NCBI GenBank assembly: GCA_964016885.1
Contig: OZ024753.1
Coordinates: 32,488,001 to 32,552,000, forward strand
Length of the DNA stretch: 64,000 nucleotides
Direction: 5' to 3'
From: Eledone cirrhosa
Lineage: Eukaryota
Position 1 is the first letter of the stretch. Every line of letters begins with the position of its first letter. A program made the position numbers and the translations under genes. A model generated the notes under the pieces. That model was not told the DNA's origin and made no database searches. It saw nothing but the letters and a program-made list of their open reading frames with translations. Positions 42,125 to 56,992 of this stretch are shown in pieces.

Positions 42125-43380
42125 CATGCAGACAAAGAAGAAATGAGATGGTAATTATGAAAGCTGACCATAAAGTGATAAGTAATTGAGAAAGTCTATA
42201 GACAACTCTGAAGCAAATATTGTAACACTTCTTTTAACGATTTGATGAATAGTAGTTTTCAGCGAAAGTGAATAGGTCAAAGAAGATATTGTTTTGGTGA
42301 CCTCGATATTTAGATTATATTTGCCAAGTTTGCAGGCCATCTCTATTTCATTACACGTTTCTGAGAGGTTCTAGTTGATGAAATATCATAAATAGAATAG
42401 TGGTCTTGTATTCTCTAAAGTTGTAATGTTGATATGGTTTTACTGTATATTCTCAAGACAGTTTTAGCTATTAAGTTAATACACAGACATGGGGTTTTGT
42501 GGAAAAATATACTTTTGCGGAAAAATATACTTGAAGATGATCAAGGACAGAGACATGAAGGGAATCAATATATATGTGAGTCAAAGGTGAGTGATAAGAA
42601 AATATTCTATTTACACATATGCTGATTAATAGGCAGAATCGTTACAAAATCAGACAAAAAGCTTTGTTGCTTCATAATGCACTGAATTCAAATCCCAACG
42701 AGTACAAATTTACATTCCATCCTTTCGGAACAGATAAGACAAAGTATCAGTCGCATAGGGATGTGGATGTAATCGACATCAACTCCCCATACATCGTTGG
42801 CCTTCTGTCTAAATTAAAAGTTATTAATAACACAGATGTACGGGATTTCGTTTAGGAAATTAAATATATTGCTCAATGCACATAATCTTAAATGCAAATA
42901 ATTATACAATGCTGAGCAAAGAAACTAATTTAACATTTATATTAACATTATGTTACATACAGGAGATAAACCTGGGTGGATCTCTGCTTCATTAACGTGC
43001 AATCTTTTTCAAAGTGGTAGCAACTGAACCGCTCTGCATTTATATAAAATTGTTATCAACATAGCAGTGTAAATTGTGTGTGAATTACTGAAATAATAAT
43101 TGCCATTATCATAAACTGATTCATAGGGTCTAGTGCCGTTTCCTTCTTTATTATCACCACAAAGTTTCCCTTATGTACATCCCCGTCATGTGATTGGTGT
43201 ATTAGGTAATATTCTTGAATTTCAAACCTAACACTTTATTCAAACTATTACACTGTAACATTTTGTTGTCTAAACTCGGGATGTTGACATTAGTATTCCT
43301 TAGTTATTTCTGACGTAGCCTGCTTGTGCTGATCAAATTAAAATATATAGATATTGGACAGTAAAATAGCGGAATCCTTT

Positions 43381-43690
43381 TGATTATAGCAACCAAGTTG
43401 AAGAAACCAGTAGGAATAAATCAGTTTATAATGATTACAATGTCTTAATCGTTATTTGAAAACCTTTGTTAAACAAGCCGAGCAAACTGCAGCTTATTCA
43501 TTATGATTATAGTAACCAGGTTGATGAAACTAGTCCGAATAAATCAATTTATAATAATTGCCTAGTTTGTTATTGTTTAAAGATCTTCCGTTAAACAGTC
43601 TGAAAGAACTACAGTCGAATCAGTTTGATTATAGAAACCATGTTGAGGACACTAGTCAGAATATATCAGTTCATAATAATTGCAATGGGT
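43381..43690. repeat. diverged ~123-bp tandem repeat, ~2.5 copies
   Basis: tgattatag.aacca.gttga at 43381, 43504 and 43626. Confidence 0.8.
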
Positions 43691-46068
43691 TAGTTGCTAG
43701 TTTTGAATCTGTTGCTAAATACATTTGAAAAGAAGAATATAGTAAGTAAATATTTCATCTATTGGCATTCCCTTGCACAACAATTAAAACAGTATATCTA
43801 TACCAATAACTTTGTGTCTTAACCATTTATTTTTTTTTTTATTAAGTAATCATAATTGATAGACATTCCAATGTTAACTTAAGTCAGAGTGATTTACTTT
43901 CTTTATTGAATCGTTCTTTCTATAGAACAGAGAAACTAACTGAAAAGAAAAGAGACACCACCCTGAAATAAATTGGCTTCGAAAGACAATTGCTTTCTGT
44001 ATTTTCTTTGTTGTAAATCGGTCATACGAAAATATTTAGTCATCTAAGTTTCAGCGAAAATATTTAGTAATGCAAGCAAGCTTTTCAGAAGTCAGCTGCT
44101 CATGTATTTAATTTTTATTGAACAAACGCTCCTTCAGCTTCCTATTCACAAACACGTAATTTTAAATTTATCAACGAAAATTTGTCTTCAAATAGGATAA
44201 GCGCAGATATTTGTTTCCATCAAAGGAACACCTCTTTCATTGCTGTAATAAATCTGGTAAAAAACTGATCATACGCTTGTTTGTTACGCATGAGTCAAAG
44301 TGAGAAATTGATGATGGTTATTGTAAAATTGTATGTTTTTCACGAAATACATCTGTATAACGGGTAAACACGTTTCATTAAGCACATAGTTGATTTGATT
44401 GATGCTGTTGTTGTTTTAACACAAGGTCAGTCCTGATTGAAAAGATTTAATAAAAAGAGCGTTCCAAACACGACTATCCCTTCCCTCAACACGGATGTGA
44501 AGAATGTAAGATTTCCGCAAGTTATTGAGTCTGCCAGCTGCCATTTCTGCCACAACAGGGATAAACAGTGTTATAAAGAATAATTAAATCTTAGATGTGA
44601 ATTTATAAAACTGGTAGTTTTTTTTATAAAAGTCACCCTAAACTGCCTCTTTTTGTACGAAACGAAAGTGTATATTTTCATGCATTTATATTTAACAAAA
44701 CCTCATAATTTGAAGAGTTTATACTTATCTAAGTATCATAATTTCATGTAAGATGCTTCCTCATGTTCCAAACACCAGCTAAATATTGATACGGTTATAA
44801 TATAACTTCCTCCAAATAATTTTCAAAATTGTTTGTAAATCATAGACTATGTATTTAAATTGAAATATTTTAACGAAAATGTTAAAGCAAATTTGGTTGC
44901 CATTTCACATTTAACCTACATTGTATGATTCAACGATTGATTTTCTTGCAGTTAGAAGAAACTAGAAGTGACGAAAGTATCAGAAATGTGTGATTGAAGG
45001 CGTGTACTAATGTGGAGTTTTATTGCTGAATTTCAGAAACCTGACATAAATGACAACTCACAATCATAATTGTGAGTTGAAATTTTGACATTGCAGTTAT
45101 TTGTCTTCAAGTACGGACCATTTATCCAGTGACTTCTTCCATTAATGTGTGAAAATAATGACAGTGCATAGTAAAGATTGACGTCCTATTATTTTCTTTA
45201 ATTTCACAATATATCATATGACAAAATTGAAAGGTAGCAAGCAGTTAAGCTTCAGTAATGTGGTTTCGGTTTCGATCATATTGCGAGACATCTCTAACAA
45301 GTTTCTTTTACCATAGTATACAGTTGAAAACTATATGGAGAGGAGATGGGCTCCGTCAGGCCTAAGAAACGCTGTATGCCACTACAGCGCCCCTAATACT
45401 CCAACAGGAGTAAAATGATAAAAAAGAAAGAAAAGCAGTTATAAACAACCTTGTAAGTGCATTTAGAGAATGGAAATGTATGGAAGACCGTCGGGGACGC
45501 TATGGAACATTCTGTGTTATGCTGAATCTCTATGTGAATTATGTTTAGTCTTCACGTGTCTCTGGAATACTCAATCACATACAATTTAACTTAAATAGTA
45601 GGCTATCTAGTTGATTTGATAATCGAAGCCGATGGATCTTAATTTATTACAATATAAGCCTCATTAAAAATATAAGTACACTAGATATTTCATTTCACTA
45701 ATTCCGTGTTACACACTATGAAGCAGATTCATCAATGGAGCTGTTTGGTATCCTTATTGTTGTTGTTGGTAATAGAGGATAATTATAAGCGGTTGCTGAG
45801 TTATTGGCCTTGTGTTAGAAAACCTTACTACTATTACAAATAACTATAGCAATAGTTGTAGTAACAATAATATCGATTTTTAATTTAGGCTTAGGAGCAA
45901 TGAAAATAAGAGGAAAGTTGATTAAATAACTCCCAGTACCTGTCTATAACTCCTAGTTTTTCGATCCCAAACGAAAAGAGGTAAAGTTGACCTTAGTGGG
46001 ATTTGAACATAGAATGTAAAAAGTCAAAACAAATAGCAAAGTGGCATTTTATCCGACGATAGTATTAT

Positions 46069-46113
<45 letters not shown>

Positions 46114-46865
46114 CAGCATCCCTCCTACTCCTCCTCTTCTTCTTCTAGGTTGTTTCAAACCAGTGTAAGTCAATTGCAACGTCGCGACTGGAAAATATTG
46201 ACGAAATTGCGGGCAGAGGTCAGAATGAAGCGATAGGTAATAGATAATTATCTTCAAATTGAATTTGTGTACATCGAATAGATAGATAATCGAAACATTT
46301 AAAACCGAGGTGACATCAATTAAATTATTTCGATCAGAAAATAATGGTTTATTAATTAGGCACAAAGTCAGGAATTTGAATATATAAACTTCAATATATG
46401 AGTATTCATTTATTTTATCGGGCTCGCAGGAATGAAAGGCGACGTTAGCCTTAGAAATATTTGGACTAGAAACATAAACTGCCAGATCAAATACCGTAAG
46501 GTATTTTGACAGATGCCTTATTCGGCAAATCCTTAAGAACACAAACAACGAAAGAGAAAGTAAAGCGGGATATTTTAACTTATATTGGCTTATTACATAA
46601 GCAAACTTTAAATTTTGTGGAAAATTGAGGACGACCAATTTCATCGAACTCAGTACTGAACTAAACTAATGTGTTGAAATCGGAATGGTGATAAAAAGGA
46701 AAAGCAAAATGCCTAGCTGATGGATGCATTTGAAATCGAAATGGCATGTTTACAACTCAGCACATTTTCTGTGTAAAATTCGCATTTGTGTGACGGAAAT
46801 CATTGGAAGTTCAGAGCATATGTACTAAACTCACCGATACATACATACATATATACATATATATA

Positions 46866-47252
46866 TATAGTTATGTAATAAACAACATAAGGCAATTATT
46901 TCCTTTACCAGTGGTTTCTTAAAAGCAAAAAATGTTGCTTTCAATCATCAGAATGAAAAAATCCTGGCGTATTTATTGACGTTGAATTTTAAAAACAAAA
47001 ATGCAATCTATATGAAAGTGAGGCTGGAAAAGGAAGAAGGAAAGGAAAAATAAAATAAAAACACACATGCAAACACACACACACGCACTCAATTATATAC
47101 ATACACACATATATATATACATACACACACACATACACGCACACACATATATGTGTATATATATACACATACGCATACATATACACATATACATATACAC
47201 CTATATACATATACACATACACATATACACATTTCCGACGGAATTACTTCAT
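46866..47252 (-). mobile_element. HHR-bearing element of the 26765 family with an inverted terminal piece
   Basis: 46866-46980 matches the 26.8-kb arm. 47232-47252 (tttccgacggaattacttcatt) is the family 3' end in the opposite orientation. Confidence 0.8.
46901..46956 (-). ncRNA. type-I hammerhead ribozyme
   Basis: tcatt-CTGATGA-ttgaaagcaa..ttgcttttaa-GAAA-ccactgg-TA-aagga. Confidence 0.78.
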
Positions 47253-47404
47253 TCACACATATATATATATATATATATACATACATATACATGTGTATAT
47301 ATAAATGTATGTATATACATGTGTATATATAAATGTATGTATATATGTATATATATATATATATATGTGTGTGTGTATGTATATATATATATATATGTGT
47401 GTGT

Positions 47405-47438
<34 letters not shown>

Positions 47439-47441
47439 ATG

Positions 47442-47472
<31 letters not shown>

Positions 47473-47492
47473 ATATATAAACATACTTACAT

Positions 47493-47523
<31 letters not shown>

Positions 47524-47544
47524 CATATACAAACTTACTTACAT

Positions 47545-47583
<39 letters not shown>

Positions 47584-47745
47584 CATGTATATATATATAT
47601 ATATACATATACATGTATATATATATATACATATACATACATATACATGTATATATATATATATATACATATACATGTATATATATATACATACATAAAC
47701 GTATATATATATACACACACACACATAAATAGTATATACACACAC

Positions 47746-47776
<31 letters not shown>

Positions 47777-48317
47777 CATATATATATATATTTGTATGTA
47801 TGTATATTTGTATATATATACATATATATATATCCTAGATAGATTTAAATGTTCTGCTGGCATTCGCACTTCTGATGAAGTGCCCTGTAATGCATTTCTA
47901 TTTTAGAGTCTGACAAGCTTCAGTGCAAAGGCAACTACGTTTCCGTAAGAGGAAGTGGCAACACTAAATGTAAAATCAACATCAATTCTTTCCAATGATC
48001 CGACTTTACTATTTTCTTAACATTTCTGAATCAAATATAACTAGGAATTCGCTTGAATTGTTTCAACAAAGATTCCAAATAAATGTTATTGCTGGAATTC
48101 ATCCAAAATCCATGTTGACAGATTTAGTGGAACATCAACAACAAAAAGGGAATCGGTGTGAATAGATTGTTCACTAAAACTTGCAGCCGTTTAAAAAAAA
48201 TCAGACTTTCATTTTAGATGCAATCTAAATTCCAATTTTATGTTATATACATATATATATATATATGTTTGTATCTGTGATTTTATAAACAAATATATGT
48301 GCGTTATCTATATTCAT

Positions 48318-48370
<53 letters not shown>

Positions 48371-49561
48371 AGTACATACATCATATTTATATATGTATAA
48401 ATGTGTGTGTGTTTGAGTTTGTCTGTGCACGCGTGCGCGTCTGTTTGTGTGTGTTGCCTTATGCATTTAGTTATTTTTTCAATAAAGAAAGAGCAGTGAG
48501 TACGTTTTGTTTGAAATATCTCGACTTGGAGAACTTAACATGCCAAACGCTATGGTGGAATGCCAAATAACATTAACAAGAAACTCAATTTAAGAAATAA
48601 AATGTTTTCATGTATTATTTTGATATTAAATAATCGAGTAAAAAAATGTTCTGGTTGTTTACATCTTATGTAACGATTAATATATTAAACATGAAGTGTT
48701 TATATTTATAAGTTAAGTTGTTGGATCGGTGGAATTGGTAGTGCGTCGGTCCAAATGTCTTTTGGTTTTTAGTTACGGTTCTATGTGTTCTGAATTCAAG
48801 TCTCACCGATATAATACTTGGGCCGATATCGATTTTGCAACCCTCTCCAAACACTTAGTAATATTTATTCCGTCTTTTTATGTTCTTAGTTCAAATTCTG
48901 CCGAGATCAAAAGTGAAATACTTTAATGTGTTCGGAGGTTGTTTCCTTCATTGAAATTTCTTCGTCAAAAAGCAGTTGGTATTTTAAGTTATTTTTGATA
49001 TTGTTGGCATTGTTGCCTCTTTTTGTAAGATAATTATTAGGGACTGTGAAATAACAGCATTGGTCGATAACTGGATAGAATGATTTGCTGTATTTCTTTT
49101 TTTGGATACACATGTAGTAAATTCTAATCCGACAGATATTAAATTTCCCCTTTTCTACGATCATTAAATACTGAACCAGCCTTTTTTTTTCTTTTGTCTC
49201 TCGCGGAATAAAGTAACATCCCACTACAAACACACAAAAAGCGATATGTTAGTGAATATATCCAACAACGGCTGGGTGTATATTAGGGTGCAGAACAGAA
49301 ATCAAGGAAAATGTGTTTAAAAGTTATTTCATTAATACAACATTAAATTATTTTGCTGTTGTTAGATCAGTTTAAATGGAATACATTTGAAATACGAGCA
49401 TCCCGACACTAACGACCTTAATAATTGTTTCTACTTTAGGCCAGCAATTTGAAGGGAAGTGGAAAGTCGATTAAAGTACTTATTGGTCCTTCATTTTATC
49501 CACCGTAAGGATGAAAGGCAAAGCTAACCTCGTCGAAAGTCAATCAATATAAATAATATTT

Positions 49562-49748
49562 ATAATTGTTTCTACTTTAGGCACAAGGCCAGCAATTACC
49601 CAGTACATTACTGGTACTTTATTTTATCGACCCTGTAAGGATGAAAGGCAAAGTTAACCTCGGCAAGATTTGAACTCAGACTGTAAAGGGACGTAAATAT
49701 GCTAGAAAACATGGCGTCCGACCCTCTACCGATACTGCCAATTCACCT
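49562..49748 (-). mobile_element. SINE family B, preceded by a partial related copy at ~49422-49535
   Basis: Colinear with 31466-31655. Confidence 0.85.
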
Positions 49749-50683
49749 TATAATGATTGACTATTATTATGGTCATTTCCTCTGTAAGTTAGCCGCTTTG
49801 TTAACAGTGAAATAAATATAAATTGCACTTTTAAATTTTGAGATAAAATCCTATAGAGACCGACGTATTGTTTGTTTGTTTATTTTTGCTTTCACAACAC
49901 TAGTGTTAATAAATTATGATTTATTGTAACCGAATGAACTTCTCGGAAGTAAAAACAATTATAATTCTTGCTAATCAATCAAGAATAATAACCTTTTCCC
50001 AACAAGTAGTATTCTTTATACATGCTCTATCTCAAACATGCTGTCTGGTCTTATGTTAGTCTTTGTACAGAAAATCTAAGATGTTCAACGTTCAAATAAT
50101 ATATATTCACGTTTTTTGTGTTTCTTTTCGGGGCTCGTCTTCTTAGTTGGGACGACATTATCAAAGAGTAGCGTTTGATTTGAGAGAGACTTCGTTTATA
50201 ATACGGTGTACGCTCGTACCTAAGAAAATAAATATTCGTTATTCCTATTGTAGCTATATTCACTTAGTAATTTCTGGTGAGCGGGTGTTAAAATAATGCA
50301 AATCCGTTTTTTTCTTATTTTCAGAGCCGTTATAACATTTTGAGTTCAAATCCCACCTAGGTTAATAAAAAAAAGTACGTGACCAATTTTGGGGCCCATT
50401 CTTTGTCTATATCGCTTACCCACTCCTTCACTCTTCCTACTACTCTACAAAGAATCGGCTGAAGTAGAATGGGCTCTATTAGATTGTAAATATCAAAGGT
50501 AACGTCCACTATACAGTGGTAACCATAACTGGACACCGAAACCTAATGACACGCCTACATTGTATTCGTATGAATTTTAATATAAATAAATATGCCCTCT
50601 TGTACTAGACTGCATTTTTTCATGGCCCTTATCTATGGATATCCGGCTGACCTTCTCTCTCTCTATATATATATCTATATATA

Positions 50684-50838
50684 CAGGGTGCGGATGATAT
50701 CTGTTCGCAAGATTACTGTCTAGGAAAAAATAACACAGTTATTGTCACTGTTTTTATGAAGAGAAGAGTGACAACGGAAGTAAAAAAAATTTGCATAAAA
50801 TTAGCAGTTGAAAATTGCGAACAAATATCGTCCGCATC

Positions 50839-50841
<3 letters not shown>
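50684..50841. mobile_element. Tc1/mariner-type MITE, 158 bp
   Basis: 27-bp TIRs cagggtgcggatgatatctgttcgcaa / ttgcgaacaaatatcgtccgcatcctg, with TA on both sides. Confidence 0.85.
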
Positions 50842-50887
<46 letters not shown>

Positions 50888-53434
50888 ACTTTCAAGTTAT
50901 CCACTAATTTATGTATTCGCAGTCATGGGTATGTATAAAAGAATATTGAAAAGTCGATGAATATTGAAAAGTCCGTGGGACGGAATTAAACATCACTTCA
51001 ATGGGCCGTGAAGACATATGAAAGAAAATATCTTCGTATGTTGATATCAATAATTCACAAGATACATTTAATTTTATTTAGAAAAGAAAAAGTTAGGAGA
51101 AGAATTTAAACTGTTCTTTGGAATATTTTGAATGCATCACCGAAAGATACTTTCTGAAAGTGTAATTTAAATATTGAAAATACTTGTAGATATTTATTAG
51201 AAGTTAATATTAATACAATAGATAAATCAGTGTTGGCTTGTAAAATATTCATACATACAAGATGATAAAACTTTTCAGATACTTTGTATTCGCTTCTTGA
51301 ACGAAAGATAGGAAAGATATATCGGTATGTTGCAGTATCTCATGGGAACAGGTTTAATCTGTTCCTTATTTAGTTCCTTATTTAAAATTCATATAGAAAC
51401 ACACTAACCAGAATTATATACAATCGCTATACATAAAATCATATATATAATATATATATATATACATATATACATATATACAGACACACACACACATATA
51501 TATGTATGTATATATATATATATATGAAAACGCACTTTGTGTGTGTGTGTGTGAGAGAGTATGAATTGTAAGTATGCAGTTAAACATGTAGCTATTGTTA
51601 GAAACATACTATAAAATAATATTCTGACTATTTTTAGCCTCCATAATGATATGTACAGACGCATATACGTACAAACCAATACGCTGAATATGTGTATCTC
51701 GGCATTTATCTATATATATACATGTGCGCGCGTGTGCGTGTGCGTGTGCGTGTGCGTGTGTCAAACTATCGAAGTACCGCTCGTTCTCCTGTTGGTTTGT
51801 GGCTGAGCCTGTGACAGTGGAGACTTCCGGCTTTGTTGCTCCCACGGACATCTTGCCTACTCACTGCTATCGTGATGGAGTTGGCTACCCACAAGAGCAA
51901 GCCCTGCGTTGAAGATTCGATGTTACAGTGCGTCTCTCACACCACCCACGGGGGCTACGTCTTCTCCATTTCGTCCACTTGGATCACGAGACGGACTCAT
52001 CATTAAATGAGAGTGACAGCGATTGACAAACTTAGAGAAAAAGCTACGTAAACCACGACTATACAGATATTTGTCATCGTCTAACACACCGCAACAGTCA
52101 CCAGGTAAACACAAATATAGCCTATAAAAATCGTTTGAAAGCAAAGTGTCGCCCCAGTGTATGAAAAGAAAGATAAATTACTTTAGAAACTCATGGCGTC
52201 ACTTCGCCATAGCATTGGTCGTAATGATTATAACTAAATAGATAGTCATAATTGCAATGAGTTCCTTTATAATCATCTCGGCATAAGTCTTTCATCAATT
52301 CAATTGATTTTACACATTGACAATTAATAAAAAAAAAAACTAATTATCGATCTTATTAAATATCGAAATCCCCCCTATATGATTTGTCACGAACAGTCTA
52401 GCAGATTTAGTGGCTTCTTAAATGAATATTACGTTGTCGCTAAGATTTTGGATTCAACTTTCCCCAGTAGAATTTCGTATTGTAACGCCTATATCGTCTA
52501 ACAGGAATGTCTCCCGGTGTTTTTCAGTGCAGAGTCTCAATACACAGACGTATTATTTAGAAATGAAATGAATTAAGGTTATTTTTTATTCATTTTCTTT
52601 TATCATTACTACATCATTTCGTCTGCACAATCTGCCCATTCACGAGATTAAGTATAATCGGTATTTGATTTGATTTTCCAATGATTAAAAAAATATCTTT
52701 AATCAAAGAAAAATAACTATTTTTCATCTCTCTCATCAGCTTCAACAGACAGGAATTTAACAAAGATTATTGATTGATTAATTTCTTTTGTTATTGTCAG
52801 TTTACGAAGGCAGCCCTGGTTGAGCGTATCTATGCTCATAAATGTTCACTGACTTTTAAAAGAGCTTTGTTGGAGAGATTTGGTTGCTATCAATAGCAGG
52901 TCACTCGATCGTGTAGAGATTTACTCGTTGGTTCTATATAACAGTGAATGCATTGATAATGTGGATAACTTAACTCATTAACAGTGCTCTCATGGCGTTT
53001 GTAAAAATAATTCGAAAGATCTACCTACTTAATAAATATATAATTTCGCTTCGTTATGAATATTAAAACTTCCTATGAAAGTTTAGCATTAGGCTGATAA
53101 TAGCATGCTGTAGATTATATATTTCAAAAGACAAATGAAAGGAAACACAGATACGTAATTAATAATTTGATTTTCAAATCACTTAATGCTTTCAAGTTGT
53201 AGATTTAAATAAATATCGACATTTTCTAGAAGATTTCAAATAATTGTGTTAATATATAAACATAAGTAAATATGTGTGACTAATGCAGTTGGGAATTGGG
53301 TTGGTGAGGTCTAAAATGTAGAACATATATACTTAAAAGTGTATATATATATATATTTGTGTGCATGTGAGTGTGAATTTGTGTGTGTGTAGATAGATAT
53401 AGGGAAAGTAGTAAATGGACATAGGGTGAGAGTG

Positions 53435-53510
<76 letters not shown>

Positions 53511-54623
53511 TATAGCTAGTGATATAGAGGCATAGATATATCCACGTGCCATAAGGTCGATGACTTCACGATTATCATGTTTATATAAGACCAAGTGAGC
53601 CTAATGCCTCATGTCATATCTTTATTAATGAGATAATAAAGTATAATGTGGCGACAGTAGAACACAATTTCATATGGAAAGAGAAAAAGAGAGTTCCTAC
53701 TGACATTTCTAATAATCTCAATATTTAGTTATACAAGATTTGGTAATTATTAATATTGATAGAAAGGTTTGTGGTTTTGCTGAATATGAAACAAATGTAA
53801 AAATAATATTTCTATTACAAATGACTGAACACTCATTGAATATGAATTGTTTGATATATAACTGATCAGATTAGCGTCTATAACAAACAATTTATTGAAT
53901 GACATACACATTGACAACTTCTGCGGAGTTGCTATAACAAACAATATCTAACAAAACATATCAAAATGACGTATGTATTTTCGTTATTAACACAAAACAA
54001 ATTTGTCTCAAATCAAATCTCAAAACGCAGTAATCAAAAACCAAATAATCCTTTTTGATTCGAAGACAGAATCCTATAATAGGATTTCAAAGAACGTTGA
54101 GATTATAATCAGTAAATATTTGTATTTACATTTTTCCATAGATATTTCTTTGGTTTCCCAGTTTCGCATAAATCTTATCATTGATTTCTTTATTTTGAGG
54201 AAATGTGTTATTAAAGTGACATATGGATATGTGTTTTATTGGATTAATTCGAACTCGAACCAATGTTAACATAATCAACAAAAAATATGAAGAGAAAATA
54301 GACGTTTGAAAAAATAACCAGGGAATGTAATTGTCAGACCAGACTAATATTGGATAATAAATGATTATTCATGGATGTTTTAGAAAACAATTTTCAGAAG
54401 AGCATCAGCAATACACGAACGAAACAATAATAATAATAATAATAATAATAATATTCAAGCAAAAAAGGGAGTCGTAAATTATGTTTGATAACCAGATATA
54501 TTTATATAGTTTAGAACATATGAAGTAATAATTAAAATATGTGTATAGACAAGTGAGGAATATATATATACAGGCACACACACAAACGCATACGTACACA
54601 CACACACACACAATCGCATACGT

Positions 54624-54686
<63 letters not shown>

Positions 54687-54771
54687 CATGTATACATACA
54701 CGTGATGCTATAGATCAATCCTTAGTGCATTCACTCATACATTGGATAGACAAATATGACATATATATGTG

Positions 54772-54818
<47 letters not shown>

Positions 54819-55178
54819 ATATATATATATATATATATGTATGTGTATATATATATATATATATGTATGTGTATATATATATATATATATGTATGTATAT
54901 ATATATATATATATATGTATGTATATATATATATATATACATGTAAGTATATATATATATATATATATACATGTAAGTATATATATATATATATATATAT
55001 ATGTAAGTATATATATATATATAAGTATATATATAAGTATATATATATATATATAAGTATATATATATATATATAAGTATATATATATATATATATATAT
55101 AAGTATATATATATATATATATATATAAGTATATATATATATATATATATATAAGTATATATATATATATATATATAA

Positions 55179-55211
<33 letters not shown>

Positions 55212-55266
55212 TATATATATATATATATATATATATAAGTATATATATATATATATATATATATAA

Positions 55267-55388
<122 letters not shown>

Positions 55389-55453
55389 TATATATATATA
55401 TATAAGTATATATATATATATATATATATATAAGTATATATATATATATATAA

Positions 55454-55538
<85 letters not shown>

Positions 55539-55540
55539 TA

Positions 55541-55611
55541 CTGCAGGATGTCCAAAGTCACCCAGTTTAGTTGCCAACGACCCGACCATGAGACAGGTTG
55601 TACTGGGATAC
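55541..55611 (-). repeat. inverted copy of the 5' ~70 bp of the 56448 element
   Basis: Reverse complement of 56448-56518 with 1 substitution. Confidence 0.92.
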
Positions 55612-55668
<57 letters not shown>

Positions 55669-55796
55669 CATATATATACATACATATACATACATATAAA
55701 TATATATACATATATATACATATATATACATACATATAAATATATATGCATATATATACATATATATACATATATATACATATATATATATATATA

Positions 55797-55834
<38 letters not shown>

Positions 55835-55842
55835 TATATATG

Positions 55843-55879
<37 letters not shown>

Positions 55880-56084
55880 GTATGTATGCATATATATATA
55901 TATCTATGTATATGTATATATATGTATATATATGTATATATATTCATACATATGTATATGTATAAATATGTATATATATATATATACATATGTATATGTA
56001 TGTATATATATATATATATGTATATATATTCATACATATGTATATGTATAAATATGTATATATATATATATACACATGTATATG

Positions 56085-56121
<37 letters not shown>

Positions 56122-56167
56122 GTATATGTATATATATATATATATATATATACATATGTATATGTAT

Positions 56168-56212
<45 letters not shown>

Positions 56213-56230
56213 TGTGTATATATATATATG

Positions 56231-56349
<119 letters not shown>

Positions 56350-56350
56350 G

Positions 56351-56441
<91 letters not shown>

Positions 56442-56447
56442 GTATAA

Positions 56448-56992
56448 GTATCCCAGTACAACCTGTCTCATGGTCGGGTCGTTGGCGACTAAACTGGGTG
56501 ACTTTGGACATCCTGCAGGACTAAAAACAAAACCTGTCAAAGGGCAAAGGAGCTCTTAAGAATCAATGACCATCCAAAATCAGCGGGAGAGATGACACCT
56601 TAGCCTTTGTTAAGGCAGAATTCTAGGAGAAGGAAAACTCTGATATAACACCTGCAACCCTGATTGTATCCAATGATGTTGACTTGTTCTTCTTTTTGTA
56701 AATATCATCTTGGTTAACAGAGTGGGACTGGCTTTGTGCAGTGCCTTTGCTCACTATAAAAGCTTCACGGCACAGGCATTGGTTTATATCTGCAGATCTC
56801 TCTGCACTTGTCGTCACATGGTACCATGGGCCCAGCACTATGTGTCAATAATTGTCACAGTGTAGTGTTTGTACCAGAGATTTCAAGTCGCTGGCTGGAC
56901 TAAAAAGTCACACTCGTTCAGCGCATCGGTAGGAGTTCTCCTACATGGATATAAAGTAGTGGCCGTACTGGAAAACGAGTTGGCAGCCACCA
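56448..56992 (+). mobile_element. short RTE-derived element (putative 5' UTR fused to a C2H2-coding 3' end)
   Basis: 56861-56932 reads CSVCTRDFKSLAGLKSHTRSAHR*, resembling KSLAGLKRH in the 61-kb RTE. The 3' end gtggccgtactggaaaacgagttggcagccac is similar to that element's end. Confidence 0.6.

Noticed and set aside
46024-46644. 206-aa ORF
   Set aside because: It spans SINE remnants and a (TAC)n repeat, with no domain signal.
47863-47960. gcactt-CTGATGA-agtgc
   Set aside because: Simple hairpin with no GAAA partner.
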